Source of the DNA: an uncultured bacterium
GTDB taxonomy: Bacteria > JAJVIF01 > JAPKYR01
Direction of reading: 5' to 3'
Assembly (NCBI GenBank): GCA_965369865.1
Contig: CBDURU010000041.1
Coordinates: 1-25,454, forward strand
DNA length: 25,454 nt
The translations under genes were made by a program, and so were the position numbers. Every line of letters starts with the position of its first letter. Within the stretch, counting starts at the first letter, position 1. Below, piece after piece: positions 15,001 to 23,904 of the stretch. The notes under the pieces were generated by a model. It saw only the letters and a list, made by a program, of their open reading frames with translations, made no database searches and was not told where the DNA came from.

Positions 15001-17853
15001 TTACTGCCAGGTTACAAACCCGTCGGGATGATCTCCACCGGCGCCGATGTCGTTGATCGTCCAGGTTGAATCGTTGCCGCAGCCCTGGTCCATTTTCTGC
15101 GATGTATAGGTATCAAGGCCGGCGAGGTCGAGGAACACCCCCCACGATCCGCGGTTACGGCCGGTGGAAAAGTACCCGTTGCCAATGGAGCCGGTATGCG
15201 TTGTCAGGTAATTATCGTTACCACCGTAGTCGACAAATACACCGGTACCGCATTCATTGCCGCCTCCAAGAGAATGCGCTGTCGTCGTATATGTATCATC
15301 CCCGCCTTCCTCGAGGAAGAATGTATTCGAGAAATCGTGTCCGCCGCCTACACCAACACCGGTGGTTGCCGTGTATGAATCATTTCCGAATCCCTTAGCC
15401 AGGAAAAAGGCGGTTCCATAATGAGCGGTCGCGCCGTAGACGTACCATATTCCATAGCATGTATCATCGCCGCCGTAATCAGCGAAAATTCCGGTTCCGT
15501 ACCAGTACGCGCATCCACCGCCGAAAACACCGCACGAGAATTCATCGTTTCCGGATTTATCGAACAGGATCCCCTGTCCGCCGGATTTCCAGATCGTATC
15601 ATTCGGGTAATCGACGCCGTCGTAACGCAACCCGAATCCCTGGCCCTGGCTCATGGATACATTATGTTCGCTGGTTTGCGCACTCGGATATTTAATATTT
15701 GTATCGTTCGCTGTCCAGCGGTCGTTGCCATCTCCGTCAAAGGCGAAACCCCAGCCCTTTACATATCCGAATCCCTGGGAATACTGGTAGCAGTCGTATA
15801 GATCGTTCCCCCACTCGTCGATCATGAAACCAAGGCCGTGAAAACCGGACCCCTGGCTGCAACCGTCAGCGTTGTATGTATCGTCCCCACCGGAATCGAG
15901 TAGTACACCGACCCCGAAATTGGCGAATCCCTGGGCGAAACGGAAATTATCATAAGTGTCGTTTCCGAAGCAGTCCCACAGGACACCGATACCCATGCGT
16001 CCCGCACCCTGTGAATAATTTCCGTTACCCTGGTCTGTGTAAATATCATTTCCCGAAAGGTCGATGCATATGGAGAAGCCGTTATTTAACGACGCATTAG
16101 CTCCCGCGGGGCAGTTGTAAGTATCATCACCGCCGGGATCGATCAAAAGAAGGTATTCAGCGCCACTGTGGGTGTCCTGGCCGCTGGAGCCGAGTTCGAC
16201 AGTACCGATCGGGGTCTCCCACGACCAACCCGGAGAAGGCTGCGGGACGTAATAGAGTCCAAGGTCCCTGATTCCGTCAAACGCCTGGAGAACGGGTCCT
16301 GCAGCCCTGTACATATTGGGGTAATCAAAACCCTCCATCGCATAAAGAACAGAGTAATAGATCGCTGAGAGATCATAGAACCAATTAGTGCCGTAGTTGA
16401 AAATGTCCCCCTGGTCCTGGGATGAATATTGCGAGATTGCAGTCTCCCTGTATGGGTACCCTTCAGCGACCGACTTCAACATGGCCGCGGTCATATATTG
16501 CAGATTTATCGGAAGCCCGGCGGTTTCAATCGCGATCTGGCTTTTTTCACCCGGTGAAAGGCTTGAACCGATTGCCGCATATAAAATCGCCATAGTATCG
16601 GCGATCGGGTTCGCGGTTGGGTTGTAGCCGAAACTGACCGGAGAGAAAGTCTCACCAAGCTGCTGCGATCCGATGGTCAGGATGCTATAGAGATCAGGTG
16701 GGTCGGTCTGGATTTCCAGGTTGTCGAGAAGGTTCCAGCAGTATGGGACCGTTTTCAAAGGCTCGCGATGGATGCCGTCATAGTACGGGAGACGGGTATC
16801 GCCATAGCCAAGGTCGGGTGCGAAGAAATTAATATCGGTTCCCTCATATTTCATATTCTCTTTCGTCAGGGTGGCTCCCGGGTTGCCGTTGTTCCACTTG
16901 TGCATCATGCTCAGCGCGCTTTCGAGCCTGTCCTGTGTAATCAATTTTACCTCGATTTCAATCGGCTCGTAGATCAGCGGACCTGCCGTGCTTCCCGCCT
17001 GCAACCAGCACTGGTAAAATCCAGGCGCCGCCCCGTAGAGGTTGGCAACGGTGGCTTCCCAGTAATCCCCGACCTTAACCAGGTCAACGGGTGCGATCGC
17101 TCCCATGGAACTTAAGTCGAGCTGGACAAAGGCGATATCGTTCTGCCAGTCCTTGACATCCACCTGGATTTTTTCGGAATACGATGCGGCCGTGCCAAGA
17201 AAATCGATCGGTTTATAGATTTCCATCTCGTACGGCTCCTCGCAATTACCGGGGAAACTGGTCTCGAATGAGAAAGCCACAGGGCCGGACCCAGGTGGAA
17301 GAATCAAACGGTATGTCGCGATATAGGTCTGATGTGCTTTGAACGCACGCTTGGGAGTGTCCTTACTGAAAGCGACAAACGGGTTACGCGCAAGGTCTCC
17401 GGGGAGGTCGAAAAGATCGGTATAGTTATCAGCATCGAGGAATTGCTGAGATTCTTTCAGGTAAAAAATCCCCCGGGTATCGTATGCCGTGAGCGCTGTC
17501 GGATTGGTAATTGATACCCTGAGATTAATAAGGCTAAGGTCGGGATCAAAGCTCAATATTTGCAGTTGCAGGCATTCCGGGCAGAACGGGGGGAGAAGGA
17601 ATTGTGTGATGTCGACATGGAACTCCGCATCCCGTTTGGCCTGCCAGGAAATATCCAGGGTTTCGTAATCAATGTATGCTTCAAAAACACCCCAGAAAAA
17701 GTGACCGTCCATATTACCGGACCCTGTAATTTGAAAATCATCCAGGGGCGGAGCGACCGGCGAAGTCTTGCTGCCGTGGGAACATCCAACGGCCAGAGTA
17801 ACCGTCAGGCTTGTTAATAGAAGTGGGATTATCCAGGACCGCATTTGAATCAC
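15001..17853 (-). CDS. Large lipoprotein with about 12 C-terminal DxxGxDxY repeats
   Basis: Lipobox LAVG-C; repeats IDPGGDDTY, IDLSGNDIY, WDCFGNDTY, LDSGGDDTY, IDEWGNDLY ... LDLAGLDTY. Start may be the ATG at 17844. Confidence 0.85.
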   Translation of the reverse strand: MIQMRSWIIPLLLTSLTVTLAVGCSHGSKTSPVAPPLDDFQITGSGNMDGHFFWGVFEAYIDYETLDISWQAKRDAEFHVDITQFLLPPFCPECLQLQILSFDPDLSLINLRVSITNPTALTAYDTRGIFYLKESQQFLDADNYTDLFDLPGDLARNPFVAFSKDTPKRAFKAHQTYIATYRLILPPGSGPVAFSFETSFPGNCEEPYEMEIYKPIDFLGTAASYSEKIQVDVKDWQNDIAFVQLDLSSMGAIAPVDLVKVGDYWEATVANLYGAAPGFYQCWLQAGSTAGPLIYEPIEIEVKLITQDRLESALSMMHKWNNGNPGATLTKENMKYEGTDINFFAPDLGYGDTRLPYYDGIHREPLKTVPYCWNLLDNLEIQTDPPDLYSILTIGSQQLGETFSPVSFGYNPTANPIADTMAILYAAIGSSLSPGEKSQIAIETAGLPINLQYMTAAMLKSVAEGYPYRETAISQYSSQDQGDIFNYGTNWFYDLSAIYYSVLYAMEGFDYPNMYRAAGPVLQAFDGIRDLGLYYVPQPSPGWSWETPIGTVELGSSGQDTHSGAEYLLLIDPGGDDTYNCPAGANASLNNGFSICIDLSGNDIYTDQGNGNYSQGAGRMGIGVLWDCFGNDTYDNFRFAQGFANFGVGVLLDSGGDDTYNADGCSQGSGFHGLGFMIDEWGNDLYDCYQYSQGFGYVKGWGFAFDGDGNDRWTANDTNIKYPSAQTSEHNVSMSQGQGFGLRYDGVDYPNDTIWKSGGQGILFDKSGNDEFSCGVFGGGCAYWYGTGIFADYGGDDTCYGIWYVYGATAHYGTAFFLAKGFGNDSYTATTGVGVGGGHDFSNTFFLEEGGDDTYTTTAHSLGGGNECGTGVFVDYGGNDNYLTTHTGSIGNGYFSTGRNRGSWGVFLDLAGLDTYTSQKMDQGCGNDSTWTINDIGAGGDHPDGFVTWQ

Positions 17854-18018
17854 CCTTATTTTGCGTAATCGTAAAAGTTTACCTTATGAATTGAAGCAAT
17901 CCGGCCATTTGGGAACCAAAGTGCATTCGTAACCAATCGCTTAAAGCGTTTGTTAGTTAACGATGATACCATGGAACAGGTTCGTAAATAAAGTTAGGGG
18001 TTAATGAATACAAAACTA

Positions 18019-19203
18019 TTATCGAACCAGGCCGTATTTTATCTCGTCCCAGTGTGCACTCATGGCGGGATTATCCTCAACGGGGATCATCAGGACAACC
18101 TTGGTGCCTTCACCAGGTGCGGACTTGATATCGAATTCCGCGTTGATATCATCGGCACGCTCCTTCATACCAAGCATGCCGAAAGTCTCGAACCTTTTTT
18201 GAGATTTTGAAACTTCTTCCACGTTAAAACCTATACCATCATCTTCAACAATCAGGATAACCTTGTCGGCCATGTATTTGAGGTGAACCCATGCGGTGGT
18301 ACATTCGGCGTATTTCTTTATGTTATTCAAAGCCTCCTGAGCGATACGGAAAACGGTCAGGTTAATAAGCTGTCCCAGAGGGTATTCCTTACCATCGACA
18401 GCAAAACGTACATCGGCGCCTTTATCCTCTTTAAAGGAGGAAACGATACGCTTGATTGTCGCAACAAGCCCCAGGTCCTGAAGAGTCATCGGCCTAAGGT
18501 CGAAAATAAATCCTCTTATTTCATCAAGAGCCTGTTGGGAGATATGTTTCATTTTAGAAATTTCTTTCGGAACCTGGGTTGGGTCTTTCTCGTAAATTTT
18601 TGAAAGGATATCCATTCGCAAGACGACATTCGCGATTGCCTGGGCCGGGCCGTCATGGATTTCCCTCGCGATTCTCTGCCTTTCGAGTTCCTGAGACCTG
18701 ATAATAGCCGACGAACCCATTGAGCTTCGCGACCCGGCACCAGAGGTCTGAGATTGAAGGATCTGGGAAGGAGTTGTTTTACGTAAACTAATTTCGACAA
18801 GTTTACGGAGAGCGACCTTGACGAGGTCCATTGCATTCATTGTATTCATCAATCGTGTGCGGAATTCAGAATAGGCATTCGACAATCGCGCAGACTGGTT
18901 AGGTTCCCAAACCTCCTCCTCAATCAGGTCAATAATAGCTTTAAGGCTTTCCTGGGCATTGAGTAAATCCTGCTGGACAATTGAATGATCCCCTTCTTTA
19001 AAACCTGTTTCACTGAAATGGGTATCGAGATCGGCAAGTGCCTGCAGCAGTGAGAGCAGATCTTCGATACGGCTGCGTTTAACCACACCTTCAGCTTCGA
19101 GTTCGGATATCTTTTCCTCAACTGAATCAAGGTCACTCCGAAGCTCGGATCGCACGCGATCCAAATGCTGTAAAGCAATTTCACCTGGACTGGTACTTTG
19201 CAT
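18019..19203 (-). CDS. DegS-like cytoplasmic sensor histidine kinase (HisKA_3 + HATPase)
   Basis: ERQRIAREIHDGPAQ, IFDLRPMTLQDLGL, FRIAQEALNN, EDDGIGF, FGMLGMKER, PGEGT; N-terminal coiled coil, no TM segment. GAGGAG precedes the ATG at 19203. Confidence 0.9.
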   Translation of the reverse strand: MQSTSPGEIALQHLDRVRSELRSDLDSVEEKISELEAEGVVKRSRIEDLLSLLQALADLDTHFSETGFKEGDHSIVQQDLLNAQESLKAIIDLIEEEVWEPNQSARLSNAYSEFRTRLMNTMNAMDLVKVALRKLVEISLRKTTPSQILQSQTSGAGSRSSMGSSAIIRSQELERQRIAREIHDGPAQAIANVVLRMDILSKIYEKDPTQVPKEISKMKHISQQALDEIRGFIFDLRPMTLQDLGLVATIKRIVSSFKEDKGADVRFAVDGKEYPLGQLINLTVFRIAQEALNNIKKYAECTTAWVHLKYMADKVILIVEDDGIGFNVEEVSKSQKRFETFGMLGMKERADDINAEFDIKSAPGEGTKVVLMIPVEDNPAMSAHWDEIKYGLVR

Positions 19204-19313
19204 AACCAAACTCCTCTTCCGGGTCATAAACCCTTACATTAATATCACTCATTTATGGGAAAATAATCCGTCAAAACAGAGAATACGGGGAGTATTTAAA
19301 TGATAACAACCGG

Positions 19314-20105
19314 TTATTCACAAACTTCTTCAAGCCTTTCGATTTCGATCGCCAGGCCGGTTTCGGGATTAACGGTAATGATTACGCCATTGCATATCAC
19401 AGGTCCTTTCGCGACCTCGAACCTTACGGGCAAGCCAGTCCGGAATTTCCGGAGGATTTTATCGGAACTAACGCCAAGTACACTATTTAAGGGCCCGACC
19501 ATCCCGACATCAGCCTGGAATGCGGTGCCGCCAGGTAAAATTTTCGTATCGGATGTAGCAACATGAGTATGAGTTCCCAGGACCGCGCTAACCCGGCCAT
19601 CGAGAAAGATCCCCATTGCGACTCTCTCGCTCGTGGCTTCGGCATGGATATCGACAAGAATAACCGGGGTAATTTTACGGATCTCATCAACACAGGAATC
19701 GGCAGCGGCGAACGGTGAATCAATCGGGTCCATAAAAACCTGCCCCTGAATATTCAGAACCCCGATTTTCGCGCCACTTTCCAGTTCAATAATTCCCCAT
19801 CCGGATCCCGGGACATCATCAGGGTAATTCGCGGGCCTGATTATTTCAGGATACAGATCGAAAAGATCCTCATAATCTTTTTGTTTCCATATATGGTTAC
19901 CGCTTGTTATAAAGTCGATCCCGTAACTGAAGAGCTCACCGGCATTTTTGACAGAGAGACCATTCCCACCAGAGGCATTTTCGCCGTTGGCGACGACACA
20001 ATCGAGGCAATAGTTCGTACACCAGGCATGGACACGATCACGGCATGCATACCGCCCCGGACGTCCGACGATGTCTCCAAGCATGAGAATTCGCAGTGGC
20101 TTCAT
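19314..20105 (-). CDS. ymdB: YmdB family metallophosphoesterase (TIGR00282-type)
   Basis: GDIVGRPGR, ANGENASGG, TSGNHIW, RPANYP, DIHAEATSE, GTHTHV, DVGMVGP. Confidence 0.95.
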   Translation of the reverse strand: MKPLRILMLGDIVGRPGRYACRDRVHAWCTNYCLDCVVANGENASGGNGLSVKNAGELFSYGIDFITSGNHIWKQKDYEDLFDLYPEIIRPANYPDDVPGSGWGIIELESGAKIGVLNIQGQVFMDPIDSPFAAADSCVDEIRKITPVILVDIHAEATSERVAMGIFLDGRVSAVLGTHTHVATSDTKILPGGTAFQADVGMVGPLNSVLGVSSDKILRKFRTGLPVRFEVAKGPVICNGVIITVNPETGLAIEIERLEEVCE

Positions 20106-20165
20106 AAAAAGACCCCTTATTATAATAGTATCGGCATCAGACAGCCAATCTCTCTAAATGAGAAT

Positions 20166-20340
20166 GAATAAGATCGCAGGCACCGCATTTAATTCGGTAT
20201 GCCCCGTCTATTTGATGCGGGACCTCTTCAGAGCGACTAATAATCGCACTTGGTGGCATTAATAGTCTCGATTTCCAATTCGGAGATTTTAACCGTGACG
20301 TAGAAACGATATATATTAAGGCTTTCTCCGAACCTTATTC
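20166..20340 (+). ncRNA. Candidate structured RNA / leader, unclassified
   Basis: Closing stem GAATAAG..CTTATTC enclosing 4-5 consecutive hairpins; no family recognised; strand inferred only from G-U pairs. Confidence 0.3.
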
Positions 20341-20399
20341 TTGACCATGGGACCCAAATCTGTTATTTAAGTTGGATTACGAGAGCCAAATGAATCAGG

Positions 20400-21080
20400 A
20401 TGTCTGACAGGATAGAAAAATCCATCCGACCCGGGAGTAAATCCCAAAAGACCCGTGTTGTTCTTATTCGGGCCTTTTCACTCATGATTATTTTATTAAT
20501 CATGTTCCTGATTTTTACTTTTTTCGAGGCCAGGAAATCACCCTTCTGGGAAAACCCAACACTAAAGGAGCTTGGAAATACCATCCCCGAGGAAAGGTCT
20601 TCAAGCAACACCTACCAGCGGAGGGCTATCTGGTTTCAGACCAGATTCGCTCCATGGAGCGTGTCGAACCAACAGATTAAGACCTCTATGGACAGCCGAA
20701 TTGGATTCTGGGAAAATTTTGCAGTAATAATGTTGTCGGCGATAGGATACGCTCAGGAGGATTATTTCGACGAAAATCCTGATGAAGGCTACGCCACATT
20801 TCAGGAACTAAAGGACACATTGAGCCTCAGGCAGGATTACACAATAGACAACATGATTGAAAACTATTTCATCTCATGGGAGACAAACAACGTTTCTACT
20901 GCTTTAACGGAGCATTTAGTGGATAAAACACACACATACACAATTATCGCCTACCCACGTGACACCAGACCGGGATATTTAAACACATTCGCAATCACTG
21001 AAGACCGAACTGTCAGGATTTACAACCCGGATAACGATAATGACTCGGATATAACCGGCTTATGGGACCCGGTTTATTAA
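20400..21080 (+). CDS. Membrane-anchored pilin/pseudopilin-like protein
   Basis: RAFSLMIILLIMFLIF transmembrane segment; LSAIGYAQEDY...GYATFQEL...YTIIAYP...FAITED resembles a type IV pilin globular domain. Confidence 0.6.
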   Translation: MSDRIEKSIRPGSKSQKTRVVLIRAFSLMIILLIMFLIFTFFEARKSPFWENPTLKELGNTIPEERSSSNTYQRRAIWFQTRFAPWSVSNQQIKTSMDSRIGFWENFAVIMLSAIGYAQEDYFDENPDEGYATFQELKDTLSLRQDYTIDNMIENYFISWETNNVSTALTEHLVDKTHTYTIIAYPRDTRPGYLNTFAITEDRTVRIYNPDNDNDSDITGLWDPVY

Positions 21081-21225
21081 GATAGTGTGGAGCAACGAAA
21101 TCTGTAAATTAATTTCCCCTAAAAATATTCATATTCGGGAGCATAACCTGTCGATTTACCTCAGACACACCAGATAACAAGGATGATGATATTAATTGTG
21201 GACCAACAATACCGACAGCTGGCAG

Positions 21226-21363
21226 GGGCTGTTGAAAAAGTTATTAGACTGAAAAATCACAAGGGATCAAAACTTCCGATACCGCTCTCCATGCGGACGG
21301 GCCGTCCGCGGTACTGCAGGCCGGCGTCCTGCGCTACGGGATTTAGTACTTTATCAACAGCCC
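21226..21363. mobile_element. MITE-like element with TIRs and target duplication, carrying REP hairpins
   Basis: TIRs GGGCTGTTGAAAAAGT / ACTTTATCAACAGCCC (15/16), flanked by the direct repeat CTGGCAG (21219-21225, 21364-21370). Confidence 0.8.
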
Positions 21364-21403
21364 CTGGCAGTTGACGGCACGGCGTGTATTATTATTTTGT
21401 TTG

Positions 21404-22654
21404 TTACTCCCGGACTATAACAAGGAGGTAATAGCCCTCGTCCCAGCCGGATTCCATTTCGTACGGATCGATCTCGATCTCGAATGTCATGGAATGCCGG
21501 ACTGAGAATTCACATCTTGGATTATTATCAACCATCGTATCTTCCGCGACGATATAACCATCCTCATCATAAACACGAAGGTCAAGGTCGGCGATTCCGA
21601 GTCCACCTTCCGCATAGACAATATAATCACCGCGTCCGAGAGTGATCCTGGTGGTGTATGGTTCATATTCATCGAGGATGTTTACCTCGTCGTAAATCAT
21701 CTCGTAGCGTTCATCCTGGACCATATCCATGTACCATGCCATCTGCTCCTGGATGTAATCGTAGTCGGACTGATCCGTTAAGAGCTGATAGTCGCGTCGT
21801 TCAAAACCACCATCAAGGATTCCACCATCCCCATCGACAGCAATAACGATCGCATACTCTATGGAGTCACCTCTGTCAAAATCATATGGTTCAACTTCAA
21901 TTTCCACGAACTCAGGTCGACGAAGGATGAATTCACAGATCGGGTAGTTATCGCTGAAATCATCCGACGCGAGTTCCCGGCTCTCTTCATCCCATATCCA
22001 GAGATCGATGTCATAGTCTTCACTCAGAGACTCAGCATAGATTTTGTAACTACCCATATCCAGTTCGAAATCGAAATAATCGCTCACATCGCGAACCAGC
22101 TCACCTGAATCCGAGAAAATTACGTCGTATCCGGAATCATCCGCCCATTCGATCCAGTAGTCGAGGATATCGTCAATGTCACCATAGCCATCATCGCCAA
22201 AATCTTCATAATATGACTCGGTGTTCATTCCGGCAACAAAGCAGAAAAAGTCTTCATATGTTCTGCCATGAAAATCGTAAGGTGCGATCTCCACCTCGAT
22301 TTCCGTGAATTCATAGACTTCAATTTCGCAGATCGGGTACGCATCGTCATACTCATCCGAGGCAATCTCGTAACCATCCTCATCATAGATATACATATCG
22401 ATGTCTTCGATGTCCTCGCCACCCTCGGCTATAAAAATGTAATAACCGGGATCAAGTTCGAAGTAATAACTTATCGAATGGTCTTCATTGATTCTGTCGA
22501 CGTTGGTGTAGAAAACCTCGTAGCCCTCCAACTCGACATAATCCACCCATTCGTCAAGAAGGTCGTTTACAAACGCTCTGCCACCTGCATAAGCGGGCAT
22601 TGCTGCAATCGCAATGGCAAGTACGATCGCAACATAAATTGAAATTTTTTGCAT
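21404..22654 (-). CDS. Secreted highly acidic protein with three PPC-like repeat domains
   Basis: Signal peptide ending AYA; three copies of D(I/L)D(M/L)x(I/V)(Y/W)DE....A.D...D..P.CE; AAGGAG RBS. Confidence 0.8.
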   Translation of the reverse strand: MQKISIYVAIVLAIAIAAMPAYAGGRAFVNDLLDEWVDYVELEGYEVFYTNVDRINEDHSISYYFELDPGYYIFIAEGGEDIEDIDMYIYDEDGYEIASDEYDDAYPICEIEVYEFTEIEVEIAPYDFHGRTYEDFFCFVAGMNTESYYEDFGDDGYGDIDDILDYWIEWADDSGYDVIFSDSGELVRDVSDYFDFELDMGSYKIYAESLSEDYDIDLWIWDEESRELASDDFSDNYPICEFILRRPEFVEIEVEPYDFDRGDSIEYAIVIAVDGDGGILDGGFERRDYQLLTDQSDYDYIQEQMAWYMDMVQDERYEMIYDEVNILDEYEPYTTRITLGRGDYIVYAEGGLGIADLDLRVYDEDGYIVAEDTMVDNNPRCEFSVRHSMTFEIEIDPYEMESGWDEGYYLLVIVRE

Positions 22655-22744
22655 ACTCTCTCCTCCTTCTGGAGCTTATTAATTTTTAATATATCCTGTA
22701 ATTTGAAAATCCACAGCGGCTAAGGGTAATAATTTTCGGAATTT

Positions 22745-23596
22745 TTATTCTACGGGTTCACCGGTTCTAAATTCCTGGACCGGAATTTTCCGGGCTACCA
22801 CCACAATTACAGCCGTTCGTATACCGACAGCATACTCCCAGGGGTCCACCGTGATTGAAATTACGGTGGTTTCGGTAAGGTCAAAATAACAAACCGGGTA
22901 ATTATTCGGGTATTCATCCATGCTGAGCAGCAAATCACCCTGCCGGATATACATATCGATATCGTCATCGAGATCAATGGTTTCCGCGGCCGCAAAATAT
23001 GACCCCGGATCGAGACGGTAATTCAAAACCAGTGATTCTTCCTCCGATAGATCATCAAAGACCCAGTAAACGATCTCCTCGTTACCCTCGGAAATAATGG
23101 CCGCCCAGTCATCGAGAATCCCTTTCCCGGGATCATCGATCCGCTCAAAACATCTTTCGCCACTGGCAACAACAAATGTAAACGCGCCGGATTCAAACGG
23201 AATAAGGCTGGTGCCGGCAGTCAGGACAATATCCAGGCTCAGGTTCTCGTTGAGCCTGAGAATTTTCATGGGGCTGTTATCGAGACCATCGTCATGGGTC
23301 AGCTCAGCGCCATCGGAGTCGAGAATCGTGAGACCCAGCGACCCGAGGTCCCAGGTCGCCCAGGCAGCAAACGTGTATATGCCCGCTTCAAGGTCAAAAT
23401 TGAAGTATGCCTTTTCTCGCGAATAAAGGACGCCTGTGAGGGGTTCACCGATCAATTCACAGCCTTCAGCCATATCAGGCACAGGAGGCGGCGGAGCTGA
23501 CGCGGTCAGAAGAAAAACCAGGATTGGGGAGAAAATGAAAGTAGATATACGGGTGATCGAAAATACCAAAAGAGTCCCTCCAGTCCTTAATAACAA
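22745..23596 (-). CDS. Paralogous exported protein with two PPC-like domains
   Basis: LTILDSDGAELTHDDGLDNSP and DIDMYIRQGDLLLSMDEYPNNYPVC; ILDDW helix as in the neighbouring gene. Start uncertain. Confidence 0.7.
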   Translation of the reverse strand: MLLRTGGTLLVFSITRISTFIFSPILVFLLTASAPPPPVPDMAEGCELIGEPLTGVLYSREKAYFNFDLEAGIYTFAAWATWDLGSLGLTILDSDGAELTHDDGLDNSPMKILRLNENLSLDIVLTAGTSLIPFESGAFTFVVASGERCFERIDDPGKGILDDWAAIISEGNEEIVYWVFDDLSEEESLVLNYRLDPGSYFAAAETIDLDDDIDMYIRQGDLLLSMDEYPNNYPVCYFDLTETTVISITVDPWEYAVGIRTAVIVVVARKIPVQEFRTGEPVE

Positions 23597-23688
23597 TGCA
23601 TGTAAGGATACATGTTTCGGAGTTTGAATGAAAGGGGGGATGGAAACTCCTGAGAAAAAAATATTTGATATATAAATTTATATAAATA

Positions 23689-23818
23689 GAGAACGTTGCA
23701 AAAGCCTGAATTTGGACCAGGGCGCAGCAAGCGGCACCCCTACAAGCCTCTATTCATGCGGGTTCTATTCGTAGGGGCGTTGCTTGCTGCGCCCCAGAGC
23801 GACTTTCGCAACGGTCTC
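23689..23818. mobile_element. MITE-like element enclosing a GTAG-type REP doublet
   Basis: TIRs GAGAACGTTGCAAAAGCC / GACTTTCGCAACGGTCTC (15/18). Internal inverted REPs at 23720-23743 and 23771-23794 (21/24). Confidence 0.75.
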
Positions 23819-23904
23819 AAAATAATGCTTATCAGCCGGTTCAACGATAATTTCCCCACATTTTCTAAACTCGAGTCCACATTTTCATCACTGGATTCCA
23901 CATT

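Noticed and set aside
17723..17739. 17-bp exact match CCTGTAATTTGAAAATC to 22695-22711
   Set aside because: This copy is inside a CDS, AT-rich and does not extend; compatible with chance.
20166..20340. Assignment as 6S RNA, tRNA, SRP RNA or a known riboswitch
   Set aside because: Diagnostic motifs were not recognised; kept only as an unclassified candidate.
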